A stretch of DNA of 23,986 nucleotides from Promethearchaeati archaeon. Its GTDB lineage: Archaea; Asgardarchaeota; Heimdallarchaeia; JABLTI01. Of the stretch, positions 7,766 through 18,194 are shown in pieces. The position numbers were made by a program, and so were the translations under genes. Each line of letters opens with the position of its first letter. Positions within the stretch are counted from its first letter, which is position 1. Location of the stretch: assembly GCA_013166835.1 (NCBI GenBank), contig JABLTI010000038.1, positions 1-23,986 on the forward strand, given 5' to 3'. The notes beneath the pieces were generated by a model that had not been told where the DNA came from, did not search any database, and was given only the letters and a program-made list of their open reading frames with translations.

Positions 7766-9277
7766 TTATTTTCGAATTTGTGCGAGCACTTCGGGGATTT
7801 TTTCGATAACATCAGTTGCCAATAAACTGTTACCAAAATCCTCTGCTGCAAATTCTCCTGCTTTCCCAGTTAGATAAGAAGCAGCACAGGATGCTCTGAA
7901 TAAGTTTGAATTAACAGCACAAATTGCTCCAAGAATCCCTGCAAGAACATCTCCTGTACCACCAACAGTCATTCCTTCATGTCCGGTTCTATTGATTTTG
8001 TATTTTTGTCCATCACTGATAATATCATATTTACCTTTTAATATGACAGAACAGCTATGCTTCTTCGTTTTCTCTAGAACAATTTGAATTTGATCTTGCC
8101 AGTTTTCTTTCAACACATCTCCAAATACAATCTTAAATTCCCCTTTGTGTGGGGTTAAGACAATTGGTTTATTTTTTAATATTGCTAAATTTTCTGATAG
8201 AGCCTTTAATGCATCAGCGTCAATCACAATTGGTTTATTTTTCGGAATTTGATCTAAAATCTCAGTTACAAATTTGAGAGATTGTGGATTATCACTCATC
8301 CCAGGACCTAAGACCATTACATCGAATTTTTTGAAAATTTCAAGGATTTCGGGGATGTGATTTGGTGTTAAATACTCTCCTTCAAGTTGTCGAACAATCA
8401 TATTAGGGGAATCAGATCTAACAGAATTTGCTATACTTTCCGGAATGCAAGTGATTACTAAATCAGCCCCAGTTCTTAAAGCAGCTCTAGAAGCCAAAAC
8501 AGGAGCACCTGAATATTTACTACTCCCACCAACCACTAAAACAGATCCATTTTCACCTTTATGAGAAGTGGCTTTTCTTTTTGGTATTGCTAGGTGTAGG
8601 TCACCTTTTCCAACGAAAAGCTCTGCTTCTGGTGGCACACCAATTCCTTTCACTATTGTTTTTTCTTTCAATCCTTCTATTGTTAAGCAAGGTTTTGTGT
8701 CGTGAAATGTTACAACTAAATCCGCTGTAACCATCATTTTTGTTTTCTTCGGAATATCAGAAAACATACCAGATGGCAAATCTACACTTATGGTTGGTTT
8801 GTTAGCATTATTCAATGCCTTAATCGCACTTTTAATTGGTTCATAGGGTTCACTAGTAATTCCAATACCTAGTAAAGCATCAATTATTAATTCTACATCT
8901 GTTAGCTCATTTTTCATACGAGAAATTTTAGAGGAATCATTTATTATAATAATATCAATCGAATTCTCCATTTGTTTCAATATTTTAAAATTCTGTTTTG
9001 AGATAGTAGTTCGGATTTTGTTCTCTTGCCCAAGTAAAATAAGTTTTATTTTGCGATCCTTTGATGCAAGATGTCTTGCAGCAACCATCCCATCTCCACC
9101 ATTATTTCCTGTTCCACAGCAAATTGCTATAGATTTTGTTTTTGGATAATGCTCTAAAACCACCTGAGCTACTGCTGCTCCTGCATTCTCCATTAATTGG
9201 GCTACAGAAACACCTAATTCTTCACTGTTTAGATCGATGATTTTTACTTCTTCGGCAATTAAAACCATTGGTTTCAT
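7766..9277 (-). CDS. nnr: Bifunctional NAD(P)H-hydrate epimerase/dehydratase (YjeF)
   Basis: LMENAG, GTGNNGGDG, DALLGIG, SVDLPSG, HKGENG, GPGM, DADAL, LTPHKGEF, GGTGDVLAG. Confidence 0.95.
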   Translation of the reverse strand: MKPMVLIAEEVKIIDLNSEELGVSVAQLMENAGAAVAQVVLEHYPKTKSIAICCGTGNNGGDGMVAARHLASKDRKIKLILLGQENKIRTTISKQNFKILKQMENSIDIIIINDSSKISRMKNELTDVELIIDALLGIGITSEPYEPIKSAIKALNNANKPTISVDLPSGMFSDIPKKTKMMVTADLVVTFHDTKPCLTIEGLKEKTIVKGIGVPPEAELFVGKGDLHLAIPKRKATSHKGENGSVLVVGGSSKYSGAPVLASRAALRTGADLVITCIPESIANSVRSDSPNMIVRQLEGEYLTPNHIPEILEIFKKFDVMVLGPGMSDNPQSLKFVTEILDQIPKNKPIVIDADALKALSENLAILKNKPIVLTPHKGEFKIVFGDVLKENWQDQIQIVLEKTKKHSCSVILKGKYDIISDGQKYKINRTGHEGMTVGGTGDVLAGILGAICAVNSNLFRASCAASYLTGKAGEFAAEDFGNSLLATDVIEKIPEVLAQIRK

Positions 9278-9397
9278 CTCTAGATGAATGTTAGTTATTT
9301 AGTTGTTATAAGATACAAATTGTTTATTTTTCTGTTTTTCTGAAGATTTGTTCTAGCTAGTAATAAAAAAAAGTGTTATTAGCTATTCTGTTGTTAT

Positions 9398-10018
9398 TTA
9401 AGTAGGATTTTCTTCTTCTTTTGGTTTTGCCTTTTCAACGGCAAATTCTATTTCATGTTCGAGCACACTAGCGATTTGTTGAAATTCTTCTGAAAAAATA
9501 TTGTTCTCTCGAGTTAATCTTCTTGCCAAATTTGTATATTCTTTAATAAATTTATCAAAATATTCTTCAGTTTTTTTGTTAGACCGTTTACCCACAATAA
9601 AAATAATTTTCGCAGATTTTGCAAGATTTTTGTGAATTATATTTATGGAATTGATTGTCTCTATATTATTTACAATATGTTCCTTTATTCTGTATAATGA
9701 TTGGTGACTTATTTTATAATCTAGCAATTTCTCAATAAGCAATTTATATTGTAATAAAAATTCTATCAGTTCGATGACTTCAAGCTCAATAGAAGATATG
9801 GCTGCTAGCAATTGTTTCTTTAATTCATTAGATTCTCGAGTTTTAGCTTTCCCAAGAAACTTTTGTAGCTCACTTGCATCGCTTAGAATTCCTTCTTGAC
9901 CTTTAATTCGGAATGAATTGTAGTATTTAAGGAAAAGCGTCTGGAAATCGAATGCTTGCTTGTACAATTGCTTAAGAATATAACCAAGCGACTGTGATTC
10001 CTTAAGATTCTGACCCAA
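9398..10018 (-). CDS. Hypothetical helical/coiled-coil protein
   Basis: 206-aa ORF with TTG start and AAGGGA SD-like motif, filling the gap between nnr and the P-ATPase. Amphipathic helices and no known motif. Confidence 0.7.
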   Translation of the reverse strand: MGQNLKESQSLGYILKQLYKQAFDFQTLFLKYYNSFRIKGQEGILSDASELQKFLGKAKTRESNELKKQLLAAISSIELEVIELIEFLLQYKLLIEKLLDYKISHQSLYRIKEHIVNNIETINSINIIHKNLAKSAKIIFIVGKRSNKKTEEYFDKFIKEYTNLARRLTRENNIFSEEFQQIASVLEHEIEFAVEKAKPKEEENPT

Positions 10019-10140
10019 ATTTCATCATCCCTTTGAAAGCCTAAATTCTTGTTTCTTTCTTGTGCTTTATGTCTAAATATATTAATTATCCCCTTTTATG
10101 ACTTTCAGTTACGGTAGAAAATCATTTTTTTAAAGGTATT

Positions 10141-12399
10141 TCATGAAATTTTTTTTGTTTCATAGGGGCTATTATTATTAAGATCAATTTCACATAAATC
10201 ATCATCACAGTATTCATGAGTCATTCGTTTGCCCTTTACGCGTAAAAGGGCGTTGAAAATTACAAATAATGAAACGCCCATATCGCCGATTAATACAGCC
10301 ATCCATAAGTCAATCCATCCAAAATAAGAAAGAACAAAAAGAACTATTTTAATCAAAATAGCTAAAGTAATGTTCTGAACTATAATCCTCATTGCTTTTC
10401 TACTAACCGTTATGAGATAATGTAAGGCTTCGAAGCTATCAGTCATTAGAACTATATCTGCAGTTTCTAAAGCAATATCAGATCCCTTCGCACCCATTGC
10501 TATACCTACATTTGCATGAGCGAGAGCAGGAGCATCATTTATCCCGTCACCAATCATGGCTACGTGACCATAGGTTTCATAAATTTCATCTATAATTTTC
10601 ATTTTTTGATCTGGAAGTAATTCTGCATAATACTCATCTATCTTGAGTTCACTAGCTATATCACTTGCAGTTTTTGAATTATCTCCTGTAAGCAAAATCG
10701 TTTTCTTAATGTTTAATTCTTTTAATTCATGAATCATACCTTTTGCATGAGGTTTGAGCTGGTCTTGAACTGAAATAAGACCTACTACTATGTCATCGTT
10801 ACTTATAATCACAGTTGATTTTTGTTCCGATTGCATTATTGCTAGACTAGTTGCTAAATGATCGTCCATTTCTAGCTCATTTTCAATCACTATACGATGA
10901 TTTCCTACAAACCATTTTTGCCCATTGATCACTCCTTGGACACCTAATCCAGCAATTGATTTGAAGTCTGTAACTTCTACGGATTCAATCTTTTCATCTA
11001 GCATTTTCTCTTTGATAGCTTTAGCTATAGGATGTTTGGAATTAACCTCAAGAGAACCACTAATTCTAAGTAATTCAATTTCTTCATAACCATCAATGGC
11101 AATAATTTCCTGAACTTGCGGATGACCCAGTGTCAAAGTTCCTGTTTTGTCAAAAGCAAATACTTTCGTTTTACTCAGACTTTCAATATAGGCTCCTCCT
11201 TTTATAAGAACACCATTTCTTGCAGAACGACTGAGTGCAACAACAATAGTTATTGGTGTAGAAAGCACAACTGCACAAGGACATGATATTACTAAAATTA
11301 CTAATGCAATTTTAACCCACTCTGCTAGATTTTCCACATATAAACCACCACCAAAGAGTGGGGGAATAAAAGCGGTAATTAATGCCACAACAAACATAAT
11401 TGGAGTGTAATATTTAGCAAAATTATCAATGAAACGATCAATAGGTGCTCGTTGATCTGAATTCTCTACTAATTCCACAATTTTTCTCAAAAAAATGTCT
11501 TCATATTTCTTTGTTACCAAAATTATTAATGCCCCATCTTCACAAAGAGTTCCTGCAAAAACTTCATCCCCTTTTGTTTTTAAGATAGGCATTGATTCAC
11601 CCGTTATCGGAGCTTGATTTACGTATGATTTGCCTGAAAAAATAACCCCATCTAAGGGAATTCTTTCACCAGCTTTTACGATAATGTGTGAATTTATTTC
11701 GACGCTGATTGCAGGGACAATAATTTCTCCATCGCTGGTTTCCAATGTTGCTTTTGAAGGAGCGTAATTAATCAAACTTTCAATAGAGTTCTTCGCACTC
11801 TCAATACTGATGTTTTCTGCTAATTCAGCTATAGAAAATAAGAAAACAATACTGGTTGCTTCTATATCTTCCCCTAGAATTATTGCGCCAATCGCTGCAA
11901 CAGTCATTAGTATATTAATATCAATCTTGAACCCCTTCAGCGAAAAGAAGGCTTTCTTAAAAATGAATAAACCGCCAATTATCATACCAAAAATGTAAGC
12001 TATACGTGAACCCATTGGCTTTACAAAAGCAAATTGTAATAATGCCCCAATCATCAACAATAATCCTGAAACGATTATTGTATACAGTTCTTTTTTCTTG
12101 AAAATAGACCTCCAGATGCTTTGTTGATGACGTCTCTCCAATTCATCTTGTATTTCATCTTCTGATTTATATTCTGAACTCTCTTCTCTGTATAGAGAGT
12201 AACCAGCTTTTGTGATTACTGATTTTATTTGTTCTTCAGATACTTTATCTGGCTCAATTTCAAAATAGATTTTCTTGAAGACAATGTTTATTCTTACATC
12301 AAGTACTCCTTCTAACCCCAGGAGTTTCTTTTCCAGAGTTTTTCCGCAACCTGCACAATCTATTCCAATAACTTTGTAGGAAAGTTTTGTACTTGACAT
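10141..12399 (-). CDS. cadA: Heavy-metal translocating P1B-type ATPase, Zn/Cd/Pb (P1B-2) type
   Basis: N-terminal HMA IDCAGC, TGES, SCPC, DKTGTLT, HP, TGD, GDGINDAPAL. Lys in the penultimate TM and GDMG in the last TM fit P1B-2. Confidence 0.93.
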   Translation of the reverse strand: MSSTKLSYKVIGIDCAGCGKTLEKKLLGLEGVLDVRINIVFKKIYFEIEPDKVSEEQIKSVITKAGYSLYREESSEYKSEDEIQDELERRHQQSIWRSIFKKKELYTIIVSGLLLMIGALLQFAFVKPMGSRIAYIFGMIIGGLFIFKKAFFSLKGFKIDINILMTVAAIGAIILGEDIEATSIVFLFSIAELAENISIESAKNSIESLINYAPSKATLETSDGEIIVPAISVEINSHIIVKAGERIPLDGVIFSGKSYVNQAPITGESMPILKTKGDEVFAGTLCEDGALIILVTKKYEDIFLRKIVELVENSDQRAPIDRFIDNFAKYYTPIMFVVALITAFIPPLFGGGLYVENLAEWVKIALVILVISCPCAVVLSTPITIVVALSRSARNGVLIKGGAYIESLSKTKVFAFDKTGTLTLGHPQVQEIIAIDGYEEIELLRISGSLEVNSKHPIAKAIKEKMLDEKIESVEVTDFKSIAGLGVQGVINGQKWFVGNHRIVIENELEMDDHLATSLAIMQSEQKSTVIISNDDIVVGLISVQDQLKPHAKGMIHELKELNIKKTILLTGDNSKTASDIASELKIDEYYAELLPDQKMKIIDEIYETYGHVAMIGDGINDAPALAHANVGIAMGAKGSDIALETADIVLMTDSFEALHYLITVSRKAMRIIVQNITLAILIKIVLFVLSYFGWIDLWMAVLIGDMGVSLFVIFNALLRVKGKRMTHEYCDDDLCEIDLNNNSPYETKKIS

Positions 12400-12627
12400 C
12401 TTGAATTTTACAGCCTAATTTTTTTTAATGCCTGTTTTACCAGAACAATAACTCTCATTCATTTTAATCTATAGTTTGATTTAGAAAATAAGAAAGCAAC
12501 AATTATTTGCTTATATTTGTATGGGGGTTAAATTCTCTTCCAAAACGAGACTTATTACTAGTTTTTTAAACGATAAAAAAGTAATAAATCTCAGTATTTG
12601 AGAACTGTTAGAATTATTGTGATAGAC

Positions 12628-15423
12628 ATGAGTGCAAAATTCTATTTCAATACAGCTATGAGAAATATAGCTAATGGTAAGAAACAATCTTTACTATATA
12701 TTCTTGGCATATTTCTTTCAGTCACATTATTGATTTCACTACGATTGTGGTCTTCGACAGCAGAAGACCTTGCAGCTCGTGATTTTCTAACAGACCAAGA
12801 TTTTGAACTAAAAATCACAACATATATGCCCGATAGAATCCCCTTCATTCTTGACTGGTTAGATAATGATCCAATAGTCCAAAAAACATATGAGATGTAC
12901 TACAATCTTGCTTGTTTTAATGCAGAGGAAAAAGATCCTGATTATATTTTTGATCCTCAAGAAGATCCGAATGATCCAATATCGATAACAGCTTTAGGTC
13001 TCTGGCCTAAAGATTCCTTAGATCGAATAGAATCTCAATTCTCTGTTCGTGGTTCATTTGATTTACAACCTAGTGAGGTTCTTATTAGTGAATATGAAGC
13101 AAAGGAAATAGAAGGAATTGTAGGTTATGCTATAGAACCAGGTATGAAAATTAATATTAGTATTGCAAGAAGAAGTCCGGAATTAGGAGAAGTTCGTCTC
13201 TTTCATATGGAGTTACGACATTTCTATAATGTAACAGTTAAAGGTATTTACCGTCCTATACCAACAATTTCAATGCTACAAAAAACCTTCTCTGCAAGTT
13301 TCCTCAGAGATTCAGTAATTTTCTTACGAGAAAACATAATGGATTTAGATATCCTTCAAATGAGAGCAAACGGAATAGAACCAGCTATTATGGTTAAAAC
13401 CAAAATAGATGAATTGAAAAAAAATGGTATTGGAGAGATTCTAAATATTCTCGAGGATTTAGCTGATAGATTGAAAATCGCATACCAATCTTCACAATAT
13501 ATTATTTTAGACACTCCGACAATTGAGCTTCAACAATCATATAGTTTAGCTCAAACAGCAATTGTTTTTATGGTGCCAGTTATTGCTTCTAGTATAATTT
13601 TAACAATATTCACTACGAATATTGTAATTGAAAAGAGAAAAGGTCAACTATATACAATAAAAGATCGGGGAGGACAGAACTGGCAGATAATTGGATTAAT
13701 ACTTTTGGAATTCTTAATCTTAACACTTATTGGAATATTGCTCTCTATAGCAGCTTCTTTTATAATAGCGTCCTTAATTCCATCCATTGCTTCTGGTAGT
13801 TTTTCAGGAGCAGTTTTTAGAGAGTTTATTACTAAAGTAAAATTTCCGTATACCTTAACACTTTACACAACCGTTAGTGTTCTTTTAATCTCAAGTCTAT
13901 TCGTTTTATTGAAATTAAGAATGGTTTTACAAAACAATGTAGAGGAGAAACAAAAGCAAACAAGAGAACGCATTCAAAAACTTGGAGTAATAATTACCAT
14001 TAGTGGACTACTAGTTCTAACTTTGATATATTTAATCTATAATACGATCCAAAATCAAAGGGATATAGTTGATGTTTACAACTTTGATATCTACCAGTCA
14101 CAACAAAGTATGATGATCTTTCTATCAATAATTCTGCTCATAATTCTCCTAGCAATAATCGCTACACTTTTCAGTAACAATATCCTTGGAAAATTAAAAT
14201 GGGTGTACGACAGATTCTTCCTAAACAAATCATTTTTTGTTACGAATTCTTTGAAAAATTCAAAGAGTAAATTAACTTCAATTTTGATAATACTCATCAT
14301 TATCTCATGCTTCAATGTTTTCACATTAAACATCTATGCAACAATTAAAGCTAATGAGCAAGCAGAACAATATTATAAAAATGGAGCAGATTTACGGATT
14401 CACACATCTTATGTTGAATCCACGTATGATACAAATATTTCAGCTATTGATGGGATAGACGAAATAATGCCCGTGTTGAAAACTGAAGGTAAGCTAATCT
14501 ATAATAGAGTTACAGTTTACGGCATCGATCCTATTGTTTATTCTCGAATTGGTCGGTGGGACAGTGTTTCTACAAATCAAGATGTAGTAAACAATATGCT
14601 GCATGATCTAAATCAATCGGATAAAGGAGTGATAATTAGTGATTATGTCTCAGAAAGACTAAATCTCACCCTAGGATCAACATTTACTATAGCTGATTTG
14701 CCTTATGGAAGTGCTTACGAAGCCTTTGAAGTTAAAGGTATTATCCATTCAGCACCGGGTCTTGGTCTTGCATATGGCATCAATATAGAATTAAACCAAC
14801 CAAATCAGGAATTCCTCCTGGTTAATGAAAGAACTTTAAGAGAAGACTATTTGGTCACAGATACAAATTTGTTCTTTGCAAAATTAAAGGATGATGCTGA
14901 CAAAAACAAAGTTAGTGAAGATCTTTTGAATCTTGAAAATGTAATCAGTGTTAATCCTGAAGTTGTAAATGAGAATTTCGTTGGAAAATACATTAGAAAT
15001 TATATTCCTGATGTTAAGACATTTCTTTTGATACAAATTTTACTCATGAACACTGTTGGACTTATAATCATTGGAAATAATATAGAGTTCATTCTAAAAC
15101 AAAGAGACCAGAGCAACGCAATACTCAATACTATAGGTAATTCCAATAGAAGCCTTATCCAAATTATTTTTGCTGAACTACTTGTTATTGAAATAACTTC
15201 TATTATCATTGCATTTATTGTTGGGTTACCATTATCTGTTTATAGTGTTCATTTTAATAGACCAATTTTCACGAATCACAACATCTTAGCTTATAACTTC
15301 AAAATGGATGTGATTGGGATTCCAATTTTTATTATTGCAATATTAGCTATCTCACTCTTAGTTACAATTCCATCATTAGTGAGATTTTCAAAACAAAATA
15401 TCTCTATAATGCTAAGAAAGTGA
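12628..15423 (+). CDS. ABC transporter permease, FtsX/MacB/LolE-like, with two permease modules
   Basis: Pattern TM + large extracytoplasmic domain + TM bundle, repeated twice (KRKGQLYTIKDRGG; GADLRI; QRDQSNAILNTIG). ATG at 12628 after GTGAT is preferred over TTG at 12598. Confidence 0.85.
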   Translation: MSAKFYFNTAMRNIANGKKQSLLYILGIFLSVTLLISLRLWSSTAEDLAARDFLTDQDFELKITTYMPDRIPFILDWLDNDPIVQKTYEMYYNLACFNAEEKDPDYIFDPQEDPNDPISITALGLWPKDSLDRIESQFSVRGSFDLQPSEVLISEYEAKEIEGIVGYAIEPGMKINISIARRSPELGEVRLFHMELRHFYNVTVKGIYRPIPTISMLQKTFSASFLRDSVIFLRENIMDLDILQMRANGIEPAIMVKTKIDELKKNGIGEILNILEDLADRLKIAYQSSQYIILDTPTIELQQSYSLAQTAIVFMVPVIASSIILTIFTTNIVIEKRKGQLYTIKDRGGQNWQIIGLILLEFLILTLIGILLSIAASFIIASLIPSIASGSFSGAVFREFITKVKFPYTLTLYTTVSVLLISSLFVLLKLRMVLQNNVEEKQKQTRERIQKLGVIITISGLLVLTLIYLIYNTIQNQRDIVDVYNFDIYQSQQSMMIFLSIILLIILLAIIATLFSNNILGKLKWVYDRFFLNKSFFVTNSLKNSKSKLTSILIILIIISCFNVFTLNIYATIKANEQAEQYYKNGADLRIHTSYVESTYDTNISAIDGIDEIMPVLKTEGKLIYNRVTVYGIDPIVYSRIGRWDSVSTNQDVVNNMLHDLNQSDKGVIISDYVSERLNLTLGSTFTIADLPYGSAYEAFEVKGIIHSAPGLGLAYGINIELNQPNQEFLLVNERTLREDYLVTDTNLFFAKLKDDADKNKVSEDLLNLENVISVNPEVVNENFVGKYIRNYIPDVKTFLLIQILLMNTVGLIIIGNNIEFILKQRDQSNAILNTIGNSNRSLIQIIFAELLVIEITSIIIAFIVGLPLSVYSVHFNRPIFTNHNILAYNFKMDVIGIPIFIIAILAISLLVTIPSLVRFSKQNISIMLRK

Positions 15424-16374
15424 TTAGAAAGAAAAGACTCCGAGTAAGATAGTGCCAATGAATATTGCTAAAGCGATTACAATCATTATAGTGAAAATAG
15501 ACCAATGCCATTTCAAAATATAATGACCATTTGATAGTCTTATTGGGATTAGACTTATCAAGACAATTTGTGAAGTAAAGAAAGCAGCATTTATGAAAAA
15601 CATAGCAATGATAACATCTGGTAAAAACCAACCTAGAAAAATAAAGGTAATACCAAGTGCTAAATTGATGAATAAACCAATGGAACTAACAAGTCCCTTC
15701 TGTTTTTTAGTCATTAAATGGATTTCAGGAATAACTACCAAACCTGGGAAGAAGATTATCTTAATGGGAGAAATTGACATAACCAAATTAATTATTAGAC
15801 CTATTTTTGAAAGCACATATCTTGAGGAGAAGCCATATTTCTTAGCTAAGAGCTTCTTTGGAAAAACTAATGAGAAATACACTAGGATTATATTGAGTGA
15901 AAAAAATACAAAAAAGTGCCAGGGTAGACTTGACATTAAGATTGAGATAAAACTGTATGAAATGATCATTAAGAGTAAACCTAAGAGGAAATCTAGGATT
16001 TCATTGCCAACTGAAAAATAATCACCAACCATAGAAAAGAATAAACGATCCATTGCTTTTCTTCTGGTAGGTCTTGTGGTGTAGACTTGACCTGAATCAT
16101 CGGTTGTATAATAGTGAGAATCTGATTCAAAATATTCAGGTTCGATTGGAGCACTTTTCCTTCTTTGACGTCTTGTCCTTTTCTCACTAACTTTTACTTG
16201 TGTTTCTTCCTCTACATTTGATTGTGTATAGGATGGAGAAGTAGCAAGATGAAGTTTCTCACAATCATGGTTTTCAGGTAGACGATGTGTGGTACAAAAT
16301 GACTTAGTGCAATATCGACATTTGAAAGGTAAAGCTTCCTTTCTATCACAAGTAGGATATTGACAAGTTACCAT
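15424..16374 (-). CDS. AN1-type zinc finger fused to an M50 (site-2 protease)-like membrane domain lacking catalytic residues
   Basis: CQYPTC...LPFKCRYCTKSFCTTHRLPENHDC (AN1). The membrane part follows the archaeal M50 pattern (KLLAKKYG, FFPGLVVI, GLVSSIGLFINL, SLIPIRLSNG) without HExxH or the catalytic Asp. Confidence 0.8.
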   Translation of the reverse strand: MVTCQYPTCDRKEALPFKCRYCTKSFCTTHRLPENHDCEKLHLATSPSYTQSNVEEETQVKVSEKRTRRQRRKSAPIEPEYFESDSHYYTTDDSGQVYTTRPTRRKAMDRLFFSMVGDYFSVGNEILDFLLGLLLMIISYSFISILMSSLPWHFFVFFSLNIILVYFSLVFPKKLLAKKYGFSSRYVLSKIGLIINLVMSISPIKIIFFPGLVVIPEIHLMTKKQKGLVSSIGLFINLALGITFIFLGWFLPDVIIAMFFINAAFFTSQIVLISLIPIRLSNGHYILKWHWSIFTIMIVIALAIFIGTILLGVFSF

Positions 16375-16457
16375 TTTCTAAATCCACGTTTCTAATGAAA
16401 TAGAAGTGATTTATAGCAATTGCTTTTATTTTGAATTGAATACCAAGAAAGATTTTC

Positions 16458-17975
16458 TTATATTGGGATTACAGGGATTGATTCCTTGCCAAGAAGCTCT
16501 TTCGAACATTTTATGAACTCTACAGATGTCCTAGTAAGATACCAGATGATAGTCACAAATATTATGGAAACCCAGACTACTACTGGAATAATTTGAGTTA
16601 GTCGTAATGCAGGTTGTACGATTATTAGATAAAAGAAAGAATTCTCTGAAGCAGCTAATTTAGATAATTCTAGAAAAGTTACTGGATTATAAGCTTCATA
16701 GATCACTAGTGCAATCCCATGGATTAGTGTGAGCAAAGTGTATTCAATTAGCAATCCTTTCTTTTTCCGAAGCGCTATGAATGGAATAAACCAAGCTAGA
16801 ATTTGGATGTTTATTGCTTTGAAACTAATCGCAAATATGAAAATAGGCAGAAAAACTAGCAGCGTAATTGTAGAGAGCGGTAGCTTATCAATGGTATGTG
16901 TTTTCATTAAACCCTTATATCTTAGAATATAGATGAGAAACACTATGAAATAGATCCCAACAAAAAGTGGCAAGTAGAGTTTTTGAATAAACCAAGGTTC
17001 GTTTTGAGATGCATAAGTATCATCTATTCCTCCAACATACTTCATCTTGAAACCACTCCAGATAATGAACATTGCATTCCAGATAGAGAAACCATAGGCA
17101 ATATGAGAATTTCTTAACAAAATGGCTGAAATAAAATCTGAAGGAATTGTAATTAAGAACGGAAAGATGGGCAAGAAACCAAGAAGCAAACCCAAAAGAA
17201 AAGGTAAAATATCATCTTTTTTCATCCAGAAAATCACAAAAGGAAGAAAAATGAAACCGATGTATTTTGCTGAGGAACCTAGTGCAGCATAAAAAGCAAT
17301 ACCAAACCAATTACCAATCTGAATACAATAAATAACCATTGCAAAACAAAAGATGAGGAGACTATCGTACCTTCCACCACCAGTTTGAAATATTAACGGT
17401 AAACCAAATGCTACAAAATAGCCTGCAATTAATTTCGATTTTCTGACTTTTTCAAATGTAGGATCATCTAAAACATTGCCTTCGTAATCGCGCTTAATAA
17501 TGGCTTTCTCGACAATTTTCATCACAGCTAAAGCTATACCAATATCTGACAAGAGAAAAGGAAATTTCATAAAAACTCGAAGAGCAATGATATTGTTTTT
17601 CCAGGGACAAATGAAATACATAGTCACATACAAAATATCCGCTAAAGGCATATGTGTTGATTGAATATCAGTATAAAGTCTTTCACCTGCAAGAACTCTT
17701 TGAGCGATCTCAATGTAGAAATCAAAGTCCATTCCCCAATGTGTGAACAGGATAAAGAACATTCTACAAGCTATCACAAGAAGAATAATTCGTATTTCAG
17801 GCATTTGCCAGATTCTTTTGATAAAAGAAGCTACTTTTAACCAAGAAATTCTAGATCTTCTTGTAACTGTATTTCCAGCTAGCATATGATCTAAATCCCC
17901 TTCTATAAATTTCTGAGAACTCCTATTTCCAAATCTATTAAATAATTGATCCAAATCTATATCGAGTTTCTTCAA
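16458..17975 (-). CDS. GT-C fold glycosyltransferase, GT87/PIG-M (GT50)-like
   Basis: Multi-TM. First-loop GMDFDFY (acidic), LAGERLY...HMPL, KFPFLLSD, GRYDSL, AKYIGFIFLP, FKAINIQILAWFIP follow the PIG-M/GT87 motif order. TTG start after GGGG. Confidence 0.75.
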   Translation of the reverse strand: MKKLDIDLDQLFNRFGNRSSQKFIEGDLDHMLAGNTVTRRSRISWLKVASFIKRIWQMPEIRIILLVIACRMFFILFTHWGMDFDFYIEIAQRVLAGERLYTDIQSTHMPLADILYVTMYFICPWKNNIIALRVFMKFPFLLSDIGIALAVMKIVEKAIIKRDYEGNVLDDPTFEKVRKSKLIAGYFVAFGLPLIFQTGGGRYDSLLIFCFAMVIYCIQIGNWFGIAFYAALGSSAKYIGFIFLPFVIFWMKKDDILPFLLGLLLGFLPIFPFLITIPSDFISAILLRNSHIAYGFSIWNAMFIIWSGFKMKYVGGIDDTYASQNEPWFIQKLYLPLFVGIYFIVFLIYILRYKGLMKTHTIDKLPLSTITLLVFLPIFIFAISFKAINIQILAWFIPFIALRKKKGLLIEYTLLTLIHGIALVIYEAYNPVTFLELSKLAASENSFFYLIIVQPALRLTQIIPVVVWVSIIFVTIIWYLTRTSVEFIKCSKELLGKESIPVIPI

Positions 17976-18138
17976 TTAATAACCCCTTTATTTTTTAGTG
18001 GAATTCTCAACTACAAACATTTGTTTGGTAATTTGTAGTAGTAGAATCTAAGTTTAGACTCAATCATCTCTCTAAGATTTCACTTAAAAACTTCTAAATC
18101 GTTTAGGGGACTCAAAAATCACTAACGTTTGGAAGAAC

Positions 18139-18178
18139 AAAAATAAAAAAAATAGAAAGGGGTGCGAAAAATTCGCAC
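18139..18178 (-). terminator. Putative hairpin+U-tract terminator of the surface protein gene
   Basis: GTGCGAA-AAA-TTCGCAC (18162-18178), a 7-bp perfect stem, followed on the minus strand by a T-rich run (18139-18158). Confidence 0.6.
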
Positions 18179-18194
18179 ATTAATTCATATGATA

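Noticed and set aside
12598-12627. TTG start for the permease given by the ORF track
   Set aside because: ATG at 12628 has a GTGAT SD-like motif upstream and gives a typical FtsX-family N-terminus.
18003-18047. Imperfect inverted repeat ACTACAAA...TTTGTAGT upstream of the PIG-M-like gene
   Set aside because: AT-rich arms with a long irregular loop. Not distinguishable from chance without conservation data.
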